A stretch of DNA of 64,000 nt from Spirochaetia bacterium (GTDB taxonomy: Bacteria; Spirochaetota; Spirochaetia; SZUA-6; Bin103), in assembly GCA_965203515.1 (NCBI GenBank), contig OZ241907.1, forward strand, positions 2,784,001 to 2,848,000, in the 5' to 3' direction. The position numbers and the translations under genes were made by a program. Under the pieces are notes generated by a model that was not told the origin of the DNA, searched no databases, and was given only the letters and a program-made list of their open reading frames with translations. Positions within the stretch are counted from its first letter, which is position 1, and each line of letters opens with the position of its first letter. Shown here one piece after another: positions 10,028 to 20,204 of this stretch.

Positions 10028-10993
10028 CTACCACTCCTCGACCGAGGCGGTCTGCGGGTTGCGGACCGACATCCATGCCATGGCGCTCCGGTCGGCCTGC
10101 CGGGCGGAGTGGTACCCCATGTGCTTGACCCGTTCGTTCATCGCCGCGGTCTCGATCAGGATCGGCACGGGCCGGCCGGGTCGGACCGGGATCACGATCT
10201 GGCGGATGTGCGTGCCGATGAGGTCCACCTGGATGTCCTGGTCGCCGATTCGATCATATTCGCGCGAGTTGTCCCACTCCTCGAGCTGCACCGCCAATTG
10301 GATGTGCTTGGACTCGCGGATGGCGCCGACCCCGAACAGATCGGCGATGTTGATGATGCCGATGCCGCGGATCTCCAGGTGGTGGCTGGTCACCTCCACC
10401 CCGTTGCCGATCAGCGTATTGCCGACCCGCCTGATCTCCACCAGGTCGTCGGCCACGAAGCGGTGCCCGCGCTCGATCAGGGCGAGCGCGGCCTCGCTCT
10501 TGCCCACGCCGCTGGGTCCCTGCAGCAGGACGCCAAGACCGAACACCTCCAGGAGCACGCCGTGCACGCGGCAGGAGGGCGCGAAGATCGAGTTGAGCGT
10601 GCTCACCACCCGCGCCGTGAAGGACGAGGACGAGAGCGACGTGAGCAGGAGGGGGCAGCCGGCCGCCTCGCACAGCTCGCGGAAGTCTTCGGTCGGCGGT
10701 TGGCCGTCGGTGAACACGCAGCACGGGACCGCGTGGTCGAACAGGCGCTTCAGGGTGTCGGTCTTGCCCTCCGCGGACAGTTTCCTCAGATAGGCGTTCT
10801 CGCCGCGGCCGAACACCTGGATGCGCTGGAACGCGAATTGCTCGTAGAAGCCGGCCAGCGCCAGACCGGGCCGGTTCAACTCCGGGGCGTTGAGCTCGCG
10901 CGTCATGCCGGACCGCCCGCCGATGCACGACAGGTGCAGCGCTTCGTTCTCGCGCAGGTCGAGCCGCAGCAGGTCCAGGACGGTAAATGACAT
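10028..10993 (-). CDS. hprK: HPr kinase/phosphorylase
   Basis: NRPGLALAGF, HGVLLEVFGLGVLL, GPSGVGKSE, ADDLV, LEIRGIGII. Confidence 0.96.
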   Translation of the reverse strand: MSFTVLDLLRLDLRENEALHLSCIGGRSGMTRELNAPELNRPGLALAGFYEQFAFQRIQVFGRGENAYLRKLSAEGKTDTLKRLFDHAVPCCVFTDGQPPTEDFRELCEAAGCPLLLTSLSSSSFTARVVSTLNSIFAPSCRVHGVLLEVFGLGVLLQGPSGVGKSEAALALIERGHRFVADDLVEIRRVGNTLIGNGVEVTSHHLEIRGIGIINIADLFGVGAIRESKHIQLAVQLEEWDNSREYDRIGDQDIQVDLIGTHIRQIVIPVRPGRPVPILIETAAMNERVKHMGYHSARQADRSAMAWMSVRNPQTASVEEW

Positions 10994-11003
10994 CGGCTCT
11001 CCG

Positions 11004-12479
11004 TCAGCGCTCCAGGGAGCTTTCGATGTCGAGCTCGCCGCGGTACTTGGCGACCGTGCGGCGGGCCAGCTTGACGCCGCGCTCGGCCAGCACGGCGGCG
11101 ATGCGGCTGTCCGACAACCGTTTGCCGCCGGGCGGCTCGGACTCGATGATCTCGCGCACCATCTCCTTGACGCCGGCCTTGGAGTACCGCGATCCGCTCG
11201 AACCGGCGCCGGAGATGGAGTTGGTAAAGAAATAGCGCAGCTCGAAGACCCCCCACTCGGTCTGCACGAACTTGCCGTTGACGATCCGCGAGACGGTCGC
11301 CTCGTGCAGATCGACCTCCTCGGCCACGTCGCGGAGCGTCAGGGGGCGGAGCTGCTTCGGTCCGCGCCGGAAGAACTCGCGCTGGTGGTCGATCACCGCC
11401 CGGGTCACCCGCAGCAACGACCGGTTGCGGGTGTCGACGTTGCGGATGAACGAACGCGCTTCCTGCAGGTTCGCCTTGGCGAATCGGCGCGCCTCCCTGC
11501 CGGCGGCTGCGCCGGCGGCCGATCCGTTGCCGCCGCTCGGGCCATTGCCGCCCAGGCCGTTGCCGCCCATGCCGTTGCCGCCCATGCCATTGCCGAGCCG
11601 CTCGAAGAAGCGGTCGACGCCGAGCTCGGGGATCACCTCGTCGTTGAAGACGATGACCGGCTCGCCGTCGTCCATGCGGACGATCACGTCGGGGACCACG
11701 TAGTGGGTCGGCTCGGACTGGAAATTGCGCCCCGGCAGCGGTTCCAGAGTGCGTACGAAGGCGAGTACGGCGTGCACCTCGGCGACCGTGACGTCGAGCG
11801 CCCGCGCGATCTCTTCGAACCGGCCGCGCTCCAGCGCGTCCAGGTGGTCTTCGACCACCGCCGCGGCGTGCGCGGCCGGCGCTTCGTGGTACCGAACCTG
11901 GACGATGAGCGACTCATGGTAGTCGGCGACGCAGGTGCCGACGGGGTCGAGCCTCTGCACCAGCCGCTGCGCCCGGTCGAGCGTGCGCGGGTCGGCGTCC
12001 GGAAGCGCCGCGGCGAGCGGCTCGCGGAAGAATCCATTGTCGTCCAGATTGCGGATCAGGAGCTCGGCGGTGCGCGCCACCTCCGCGTCGGCCGGCTGCA
12101 GGAGCACTTGCCACAGCAGGTGTTCCTGCAGCGTTTCCGGGCGCTGCAGCGCGCCCTCCAGGAAGCGCTGCCTGGCGTCCGGATCCGCGCCGGCGCGCAG
12201 GTTCCGGTAGCCCGGATCGGAGGAGACGCCCGGATCGGATGAGAATCCCGGGTCGGAGGAGTCGCCGAACAGCTCCTCCTCCGGGCGTTCCTCCAGCTCG
12301 TCGAGGGAGTCGGTAGCGTCCTCGGAGACCACCTCCAGCGCCGGGTTGCGCTGCAGTTCCTGGTCGATGGTGAGCTGCAGGTCGGCCAGCGGCAGCGCCA
12401 TGATACGGATCGCCTGATAGAGCTGCGGCGTCATCCGCAGGCGTTGTTCCTGCCGAAGGACCGGCTGCTGGGCTTGCAT
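11004..12479 (-). CDS. rpoN: RNA polymerase sigma-54 factor
   Basis: Region I QEQRLRMTPQLYQAIRIM, NPALE, LHEATVSR HTH, RpoN box ARRTVAKYR; start set at ATG 12479. Confidence 0.96.
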   Translation of the reverse strand: MQAQQPVLRQEQRLRMTPQLYQAIRIMALPLADLQLTIDQELQRNPALEVVSEDATDSLDELEERPEEELFGDSSDPGFSSDPGVSSDPGYRNLRAGADPDARQRFLEGALQRPETLQEHLLWQVLLQPADAEVARTAELLIRNLDDNGFFREPLAAALPDADPRTLDRAQRLVQRLDPVGTCVADYHESLIVQVRYHEAPAAHAAAVVEDHLDALERGRFEEIARALDVTVAEVHAVLAFVRTLEPLPGRNFQSEPTHYVVPDVIVRMDDGEPVIVFNDEVIPELGVDRFFERLGNGMGGNGMGGNGLGGNGPSGGNGSAAGAAAGREARRFAKANLQEARSFIRNVDTRNRSLLRVTRAVIDHQREFFRRGPKQLRPLTLRDVAEEVDLHEATVSRIVNGKFVQTEWGVFELRYFFTNSISGAGSSGSRYSKAGVKEMVREIIESEPPGGKRLSDSRIAAVLAERGVKLARRTVAKYRGELDIESSLER

Positions 12480-12543
12480 CGTGCGTCTTCTCGTTCCACC
12501 GTGAGCGCGACGGTTTGCCGCGCGCTCACGGCCTTGCCGGTCG

Positions 12544-12572
12544 AGTCTGGCGCGGCCCGGTCCGGGTGTCAA
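12544..12572 (-). promoter_or_regulatory. Putative sigma70 promoter for rpoN, followed by a 5'-UTR hairpin at 12499-12531
   Basis: TTGACA-17 nt-CAGACT on the minus strand; inverted repeat CCGTGAGCGCG...CGCGCTCACGG. Confidence 0.5.
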
Positions 12573-12588
12573 TTCGAGCGGCCCGCCG

Positions 12589-13341
12589 CTACATGCGGAA
12601 CTCGGCGCCCAGGTAGGCGCGGCGTGCCGCAGGGTCGGCCAGCAGCGCTTCGCGGGTGCCGTCGGCGATGATGCGGCCGCCGTCGATGATGTAGGAGCGG
12701 TCGGTGATCTCCAGGGCGTCACGGACGTTGTGATCGGTGAGCAGGATGCCGATCCCCTTGCCGGCGACCGAGCGCACGACGTCCTTGAGGTGATGCACGG
12801 CGATCGGGTCGATGCCCGCGAACGGCTCGTCCAGCAGCAGGAACCGGGGATCGCAGGCGAGAGCGCGCGCGATCTCGGTACGCCGGCGCTCGCCGCCGGA
12901 AAGGGTGTACGCCTTCTGCGCGGCCAGCTTCTCGATACCCAACTCGGCGAGCAGCTCGTCACAGCGTGCATGGCGCTGGCGGCGGCGCAGGCGGCGGGTC
13001 TCCAGAACCGCCAGGATGTTTTGCCGCACGGTCAGCCGGCGGAACACCGACGGCTCCTGCGGCAGATAGGAGATGCCGGCGCGCGCCCGGCGGTACATCG
13101 GCAGCCGCGTCATGTCGTCGCTCCCCAGCGAGATCGCGCCGGCCGACGGCTCGATGAAACCGGCGATCATGAAGAACACGGTGGTCTTGCCGGCCCCGTT
13201 GGGACCGAGCAGGCCGACCACCTCGCCCATGTCCATGCGAAAGGAGACGCCGTCCACGGCGACCTTGCGGCCGAATCGTTTGCCGAGGCCGCGGACGGCC
13301 AGCACCGGCGCGGGTCGGGCCGCCTCTGCCGGATCGTTCAC
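12589..13341 (-). CDS. lptB: LPS export ABC transporter ATP-binding protein
   Basis: GLLGPNGAGKTT, YLPQEPSVFR, LSGGERRRTEIARAL, LDEPFAGIDP, TDHNVRD, AYLGAEF. Confidence 0.96.
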   Translation of the reverse strand: MNDPAEAARPAPVLAVRGLGKRFGRKVAVDGVSFRMDMGEVVGLLGPNGAGKTTVFFMIAGFIEPSAGAISLGSDDMTRLPMYRRARAGISYLPQEPSVFRRLTVRQNILAVLETRRLRRRQRHARCDELLAELGIEKLAAQKAYTLSGGERRRTEIARALACDPRFLLLDEPFAGIDPIAVHHLKDVVRSVAGKGIGILLTDHNVRDALEITDRSYIIDGGRIIADGTREALLADPAARRAYLGAEFRM

Positions 13342-13981
13342 GACACCGTGATGGTGCCTCGAATCTGCCCTTCCATACGGACCGAGTCCCGGTTCAGGTC
13401 GACGAAGATGCGCATCGCCCGGTATTCGTCGCCGTTCTGCGTCACCACCGGCATGCCGGACAGGTCGACGGTGTTCTCGTCACGCCGGTAGCGCGCGAAC
13501 TCCGAGCGGGCGACCAGATCGGGCTTGAGGATGCGGACGCCGATCTGGACGAGCGCCTCGCCGGACTCCTGGTGATACTCCATGAAGCCGCCCTTCACCA
13601 CCACCTCGTTATCACGGTCGATCACAGCGCGCTGCCCTGGATGCGCAGCACCGATCGCTCGCGGTCGAACAACAGGTGTTCGCTGGCGATCTCGACGTTC
13701 TCCTCCTCGTCGATCACCCGCACCGCGCCGCTGGCCAGGATGATTCCATAGTCGTCGCCGAACGCCTCGACGACGTCGGCGTGGATGGCGGTGCCGTTCA
13801 CGATGATCTCCACGGCGCCGGTGAATACGGTCCGTTCCCGACCTTCCACGAGCACGGTCTCTACATTGTCGGCGGCGCGGAACGACACCTCGTCCGCGGC
13901 GGCCGGCGCGGCGGCGGCCAGCGCGGCGCCGACCAGCAGGGCGGCGGTCGCCAGCCGCAACGCAGCCCGCGGGGGCCTCAT
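13338..13981 (-). pseudogene. lptA: LptA/OstA-family protein split into two ORFs (13622-13981 and 13338-13625) by an apparent 1-nt frameshift; real or sequencing error
   Basis: Signal peptide and beta-jellyroll-like sequence continues across ...IQGSAL / VIDRDNEVVVKG...; lies between lptC and lptB. Confidence 0.75.
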
Positions 13982-14619
13982 CGGTCGGCCGCCAAGCGGC
14001 CCGACACCGGCCCCAGGAAGCGGATCACGCGGCGCGCGACGTCGGCCTCGAAACCGGCGGCGGTTACCCGCGAACCGTCGCCGCGTTCGATCACCACTTC
14101 GGCGCCCCCGCCCTCGGCGCTGCTGCCGCCCTCGGCACCGCTCTCCTTGGCGCCGCCATCCTTGGCGCTGCCGTCGCTGGTCAGCATGCGCTCCGATTCC
14201 CGCCAGCGCATCGCGGCGGCGGCGATCCGGGCGTCGTCGCGCCGCGACTCCACCACCACCGAACCCTCGGCGCGCGCGTCATCGGTCTCGAGGTGGTACT
14301 CGGCGCGGTCCGCCCACGCTTCGGTCACCACGCTGCCCGACCGGTCGAACTCCGTGAAGTAGATGCCGTACAGCACCCCCACGTCGCGTTCGTCGTAGCT
14401 CTCCACCCGATCGACGCGCAGCACGGCGGCTACCCGGCCGTCGCGCACCACGGTGTGCTCGACGCCGAGCAGCACCGTGTTCGGCACCGCCTCGGAAAGC
14501 TCGTCCTCCAGCGAGGTGGAGCGGTAGTCGAACGAGCAACCGGCCAGCAGCGCCGCCGCCAATCCCCACGCCAGCCGCCGGGCGCGCCCGGCGGGGCGGC
14601 GGTCAACGGGCCGGCGCAT
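13978..14619 (-). CDS. lptC: LPS export periplasmic protein LptC-like (lipoprotein)
   Basis: Lipobox LLAGC; beta-strand-rich; position upstream of lptA/lptB. Confidence 0.78.
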   Translation of the reverse strand: MRRPVDRRPAGRARRLAWGLAAALLAGCSFDYRSTSLEDELSEAVPNTVLLGVEHTVVRDGRVAAVLRVDRVESYDERDVGVLYGIYFTEFDRSGSVVTEAWADRAEYHLETDDARAEGSVVVESRRDDARIAAAAMRWRESERMLTSDGSAKDGGAKESGAEGGSSAEGGGAEVVIERGDGSRVTAAGFEADVARRVIRFLGPVSGRLAADR

Positions 14620-15430
14620 CGGTTTCCGGCGGTCCGGCGCAGGGCACCTGCAGGGGCGTCAGAGCCACGGCCCGGCCGTCATCGTCGAAACGAGCCAGCG
14701 CCCCTTGCAACTGCAGGTTCCGCCACGCGTCGGCCGACCGCTCGAAGATCCTCGTGCGCCACTTGCGTATCTCGATCTCCGGGTCGAGCCCGCCGACCGA
14801 GTCGATGCTGCCGGTCCGCCCGCAGTGGGTGAGGGTGGCGGTGCCCTTGGCGCTGATCGCCGCGTCCGCTGACTGTACTCGCACGTGCGTACCGAATACC
14901 GCGCTCACCTTGCCGTCCATCCACACGCACATGTTGCGCTTCTCCGCGGTGGTGCACGCGTGGAAGTCGACGATGGTGATCGGCGTCTCCGCGCGCCGCT
15001 CGGCGGCCAGCCGGTCGGCGGCGGCGAACGGGTTGGCGGCGTGCACTCGGTCGTAGCCGGCTTGACCGAGCAGGCACGCCACCGTTACGCGGGCGCCGCC
15101 GCGGGCGGTGACGGTCACCCATCCTCGCCCCGGGTTGCTGCGCGGATAGTTGAGCGGGCGCAGCACGTAGCGGACATCCTGCAGGTAGGGCACCATGTCG
15201 CGCTTGTAGTAGATACACTCGCCGGACGTGATCACGTCCACGCCGAGCTTATGGAGGTAGGCGGCATGCCGCTTGCCGATCCCGAAGCCGCCGGTGGCTC
15301 CGTCGCCGTTGGCGATCGTCAGGTCGACCTGATGCGTGCGGCGCAGGCCGGCCAGCAAGCTCTTGACGCAGAACACGCCCGCCTTGCCGACGACGTCGGC
15401 GATGAACAGGACGGTAGTGGTGCGCGGCAC
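14603..15430 (-). CDS. YmdB/TIGR00282-family metallophosphoesterase paralog with altered metal ligands
   Basis: LFIADVVGKAG, ANGDGATGGFG, LRPLNYP, VDFHA..TAEK, GTH, GRTG; start set at GTG 15430. Confidence 0.88.
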   Translation of the reverse strand: MPRTTTVLFIADVVGKAGVFCVKSLLAGLRRTHQVDLTIANGDGATGGFGIGKRHAAYLHKLGVDVITSGECIYYKRDMVPYLQDVRYVLRPLNYPRSNPGRGWVTVTARGGARVTVACLLGQAGYDRVHAANPFAAADRLAAERRAETPITIVDFHACTTAEKRNMCVWMDGKVSAVFGTHVRVQSADAAISAKGTATLTHCGRTGSIDSVGGLDPEIEIRKWRTRIFERSADAWRNLQLQGALARFDDDGRAVALTPLQVPCAGPPETDAPAR

Positions 15431-15449
15431 GATCGGGCCAGGGTAACAG

Positions 15450-16643
15450 ATGTTGCCACGCCCTGATGACGACGCGGCGGCGTGGACGGCGCTGGTGCGC
15501 GCCGTGCACCGCGCGCCGGTGGCGGCCGTGCTGGAGCTGGCCGGCGCCGGCACCCAGGCGCTGGCGTGGCTGCACGCGGTCGGTGGGTCTTCCGCAACGG
15601 TCCTGGAGGCGCATGACCGCTACCACCCGGGCGCGCTGGCCGCGGCCCTCGGAGCCGTGCCGGACCGAGCCACCGATCCGGCGGTGGCGGCGGCGCTGGC
15701 CGCGGCGGCCTGGGAGCGCGCCGGGGGACTGGCCCCCGGCGGCGCGGTCGTCGGTCTTGGCTGTACTGCCGCGCTGGTCACCGGCCGGCCGCGGCGGGGC
15801 GCGCACGTCTGCCACGTCGCCGCGCACGACGGCCTGGGAGCGCGCCGATTCACGGTGCGGCTCGTCAAGGGGGCGCGCGACCGCGCCGGCGAGGAGGCGG
15901 TCGCGGGCCGGCTGGTGCTGCTGGCGCTGGCGGCTGCGGCGGGCGTCGATCCCGTCGACGTGCCGCCGTGGCCGGGACCGGAACCGGTACGGGTCGCCTT
16001 CGACGCCGGGCCGGAGCTGACGAAGCTCTTGGCGGCGGGCGCCCGCGCCGTGTGCCGTCAGGCAGACGGCGCCGTGCTGGTCGATCCGCCGGCGCCGCGC
16101 CGGTCGCGGGTCGGCGCGCTCCTGTCGGGCGCCTTCGATCCCGCGCACGACGGCCATCGCGGGATGGCGGCGGCGGCCGCTCAGTTCCTGGGCATGGAGG
16201 TGTCGTACGAGCTGCCGGTGCTCAATGCCGACAAGTCGCCGCTCGACGCGGCCGAGGCGCACCGCCGCGCGGCGCAGTTCACCGGTTGGGCGGAGCTGTG
16301 GTTGACGCGCGCCGCGCTCTACACCGACAAGGCGGCCCTGTTTCCGGGGGCGGTGTTCGTGGTCGGCGCCGACACCGCCGAGCGCGTGCTGCAACCGCGC
16401 TTCTACGGCGGCGAGCGGCAGATGCGCAGGGCGGTGGCCGCCATCGGCGAGGCCGGCTGCCGGTTTCTGGTTGCGGCCCGGCCGCAGCCGGCCGGCCTGT
16501 TGACGCTCGGCCGGTTGCGGGTGCCGGCGGCGCTGCGCCCGCTGTTCTGCGAGCTGCCGGCCGACCGGTTCTGCATGGACCGCTCATCGAGCCGGATCAG
16601 GGACGAGCTGGCGGCGCGTGCGCGCGGTTCCGAAGCCGTTTAG
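15450..16643 (+). CDS. CinA/PncC-like domain fused to an HxGH nucleotidyltransferase (NMN adenylyltransferase-like)
   Basis: N-terminal GGSSATVLEA; C-terminal GAFDPAHDGH, NADK, VVGADTAER, SSSRIR. Confidence 0.75.
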   Translation: MLPRPDDDAAAWTALVRAVHRAPVAAVLELAGAGTQALAWLHAVGGSSATVLEAHDRYHPGALAAALGAVPDRATDPAVAAALAAAAWERAGGLAPGGAVVGLGCTAALVTGRPRRGAHVCHVAAHDGLGARRFTVRLVKGARDRAGEEAVAGRLVLLALAAAAGVDPVDVPPWPGPEPVRVAFDAGPELTKLLAAGARAVCRQADGAVLVDPPAPRRSRVGALLSGAFDPAHDGHRGMAAAAAQFLGMEVSYELPVLNADKSPLDAAEAHRRAAQFTGWAELWLTRAALYTDKAALFPGAVFVVGADTAERVLQPRFYGGERQMRRAVAAIGEAGCRFLVAARPQPAGLLTLGRLRVPAALRPLFCELPADRFCMDRSSSRIRDELAARARGSEAV

Positions 16644-16717
16644 CTCGGCTTGCGCGGGCGTTTAGCGCCGACCCGGACTATGGTACGGCACGCTCCTGCG
16701 CTCAGGCAGGCGGGCAG

Positions 16718-18025
16718 ATGGCGATGGCTGAGAGCAGGATCGTAGATACCGACAAGGTCAAGGCGTACCGTCCGCCGGGCCAGCGACGGCAGTGGCGCCT
16801 GGTGCTGCTGGTAGGCGTGCTGGTAGTGGGACTGGCGGTGGCGGCGTACCTGGTGTTGGGCCCGCGGCAGGAGCTCTATACGCTGCGGTCGTACGACGCG
16901 GAGCAGGTGACGCGCGGCCGCCTGGTGCGGACCACTCAGGCCAGCGGCACCGTGGTCTTCCCCGTGCGGATGACGATGGTGAGCCCGGAGGCGGGATCGG
17001 CGAAGACCCTGCACGTGCAGGAAGGCGACCGGGTGACCGCCGGCCAGCCGCTGGCGGAGTTGGCCGCGGCCGACCTGGAGGAGACGCTCGACGACCTGCG
17101 GGCCGATCTGGCCGGCGCGGAACGGTCGCTGGCCAGGCAACGGCTGTTGAGCCGCGTCGACCTGGACCGCAAGCAGCGTCAGATCGATGACCTGGGGCGG
17201 GACATCGACGAATCGACCGCGGAGCGGGATGAGGTGCGGACGCTGGTAGCCGCCGAGGTGTCGACGCCGAGCGATCTGGAGGCGGCCGAGCGCGCCCTGC
17301 GGAGGCTGATCGACGACCGCGAGGAGCAGAGCCGGCAGCTCGCCGAGGACCGGGAGGTCGCGGCGCTGGACGATCAGGTGTCGCTGGCGGCGATCGCGGC
17401 GCAGCAGGTCGAGATCCGCCGCCAGCAGGACCGGATCGCGGCGATGACGATCGTCGCGCCGATCGACGGCGAGGTGCTGTCGGTGGAGGCGGCGCTCGGC
17501 GTTCCGGGCAGCGCCATCAACGACAACCAGGCGCTGTTCACGATCGCCGATCCGGACAGCGCGGTCATCGAGCTGGAGGTGCTGGAGCAGTACGCGGGAG
17601 CGCTGCGGATCGGCCAGCCGGTAGAGCTCGGCATCGGCTCGGTCGGCGTCACGGGGGCGGTGGCGGCGGTCGGCCGGGTCGCGCAGCAATCCCCGGACGG
17701 CCTGGGCGCCACGGTGCTGGTGCGGGTGCAGCCCGCTCCCGACTCCGGGCCGCTGTTGTCCGGGGCGACCGCCGTGGGGGTGATGGAGGTGGGCGTGACC
17801 GAAGGGGCGCTGCTGCTGCCGCGCGGTCCGTACCTCACCACCGGCAGTCAGCGATACCTGTACCGGATCGAAGGCGATCGCGCGGTCAAGGTCGCCGTCA
17901 CCTTCGGGCAGGTGGAAGGCAACCTCGTCGAGGTGCTGACCGGCGTGGAGGCCGGCGACCCGGTCATCGTGAGCGGCTATCAGAACTTTATCGAGCACGA
18001 CACCGTCATCATCGAAGGGTCGTGA
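16718..18025 (+). CDS. Efflux periplasmic adaptor (membrane fusion protein)
   Basis: N-terminal TM, VQEGDRVTAGQPLAEL lipoyl half, long coiled coil, IVAPIDGEV. Confidence 0.9.
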   Translation: MAMAESRIVDTDKVKAYRPPGQRRQWRLVLLVGVLVVGLAVAAYLVLGPRQELYTLRSYDAEQVTRGRLVRTTQASGTVVFPVRMTMVSPEAGSAKTLHVQEGDRVTAGQPLAELAAADLEETLDDLRADLAGAERSLARQRLLSRVDLDRKQRQIDDLGRDIDESTAERDEVRTLVAAEVSTPSDLEAAERALRRLIDDREEQSRQLAEDREVAALDDQVSLAAIAAQQVEIRRQQDRIAAMTIVAPIDGEVLSVEAALGVPGSAINDNQALFTIADPDSAVIELEVLEQYAGALRIGQPVELGIGSVGVTGAVAAVGRVAQQSPDGLGATVLVRVQPAPDSGPLLSGATAVGVMEVGVTEGALLLPRGPYLTTGSQRYLYRIEGDRAVKVAVTFGQVEGNLVEVLTGVEAGDPVIVSGYQNFIEHDTVIIEGS

Positions 18026-18042
18026 TCAGAGGGGAGCGACGG

Positions 18043-18749
<707 letters not shown>

Positions 18750-18753
<4 letters not shown>

Positions 18754-20177
18754 ACTACCGTGAAGATCTGCGCATGAGCGTGCGCTCGGTGATCGGCCGG
18801 CCGGCCGAGTCGGTGCTGCTGTCGCTGGGCGTGGCGCTGGCCGTCGGCGCGACCGCCGCCGGCATCGCGCTGGCCGGGCGCACCGCCGAGCAATCGCGTG
18901 AGCTGCTGTCGTCGCCGCGCTTTCGGGAGATCGTCGTGGCCGCACGGGAGGACGCGGACGAGATGGACCTGCCGGCGCAGGTGCAGTCCTCCACCGAGGT
19001 GGTGCTGCTCACCGCCGCCGATCTGGAGGCGCGGTCGGCCACGCAGGCGATCCGCTACGCCTACCTGGCCAACCGCACCGGCTTCCGCTTCGGCGAGAGC
19101 GGCTTCGGTCAAGGCGGCCCGGGCGGTCAGGCGCAGGGCGGTCAAGCGCAGGGCGGTCAGGCGCAGGCACAGGGCGGCCAAGCACAGGGCGGCCAAGCAC
19201 AGGGCGGCCAAGCACAGGGCGGTCAGGCACAGGGGCGGTCAGGCACAGGGGGCGGTCAGGCGGCGGGAGGCGGCCCGGGCGGCCAGTTCCAGCGGGTGGC
19301 GCCGCCCGAGGGACCGCAGCCGCAGATCGAGTTCGTCGAAGGCATGGAAGTCACGCCCGAGTTCTTCGACGCCTGGGGGCTGACGGCTGCGGCGGGCGAC
19401 GTGTTCCAGGCGGCCGATCTGGAACGGGACGAGCCGGTTCTGGTGCTCGGCTCGGAACTGGGCGCGACCCTGTTCGAGGACGGGCAGTCGCTGGGCCGGC
19501 AGGTGCTGGCGCGCAACCAGCTCTACCGGATCATCGGCGTCCTGGAGCCGACCGGCGGCGAGACGGACGGCCTTGCCTTCACGCCGGCGCGCATCGCCGC
19601 ACAGCAGTTCCAAGGCTTCCGCGGCCGTTTCCAGGCACTGCGGACCAATCTGCGGTTCATGGTAGGGGAGCCCGGCGACCTGGAGGAAGCGCGGGCGCAA
19701 CTGACCAACTGGTTCGACTCATCGCACGGGGTTGGCGCGGTGGCGATCAGCGTCCCGCGCGAGGAGGCGGAGGCGACCGCCGACCGCAACAGCCGGCTGG
19801 CCACGGTGATTCTGTTCCTGGCGCTGTCGGCACTGCTGATCGCGACGGTCAACGTCACCAACATCTTCTTCAGCCGCGCCGTCCGCAAGCGACGCCAAGT
19901 CGGCATCCTCAAGGCGGTCGGGGCGAGCATCCGCCAAGTCTTCACCGTCTTCTTCCTGGAGGCGCTGGCGATCGGCGCCGCAGGGGCGGCGGTCGGCTTC
20001 GGACTGTCGGCGCTGCTGTCGCGCCTGATGGAGCGGACCATCGGCTTCGGGGCGCTGCAGATCGGCCTGATCGTCCTTGGCGTGCTGGCGTCGTGGGCGA
20101 TCGTCGCCGTCTTCAACGTCGTGCCGGCGCAGGCGGCGGCGCGGGTGCCGGCCGCCGAGGCGATTCGTTACGAGTAA
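18750..20177 (+). CDS. MacB/FtsX-type ABC permease with a Gly/Gln repeat
   Basis: TM1, periplasmic domain, then QVGILKAVGAS...FFLEA and three C-terminal TMs. Confidence 0.9.
19122..19262 (+). repeat. 15-nt coding tandem repeat (GGQAQ)n
   Basis: About nine units of GGCGG(T/C)CA(G/A)GC(G/A)CAG. Confidence 0.95.
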
Positions 20178-20204
20178 ACGCGAGCGAGCGAAGGAGGAGA
20201 ACTC

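Noticed and set aside
11004..12971. 655-aa RpoN as given in the ORF track
   Set aside because: The N-terminal extension overlaps lptB; Region I begins at ATG 12479 with its own putative promoter
19122..19262. Repeat array as a possible CRISPR
   Set aside because: Contiguous 15-nt coding units without spacers; no cas genes in the window
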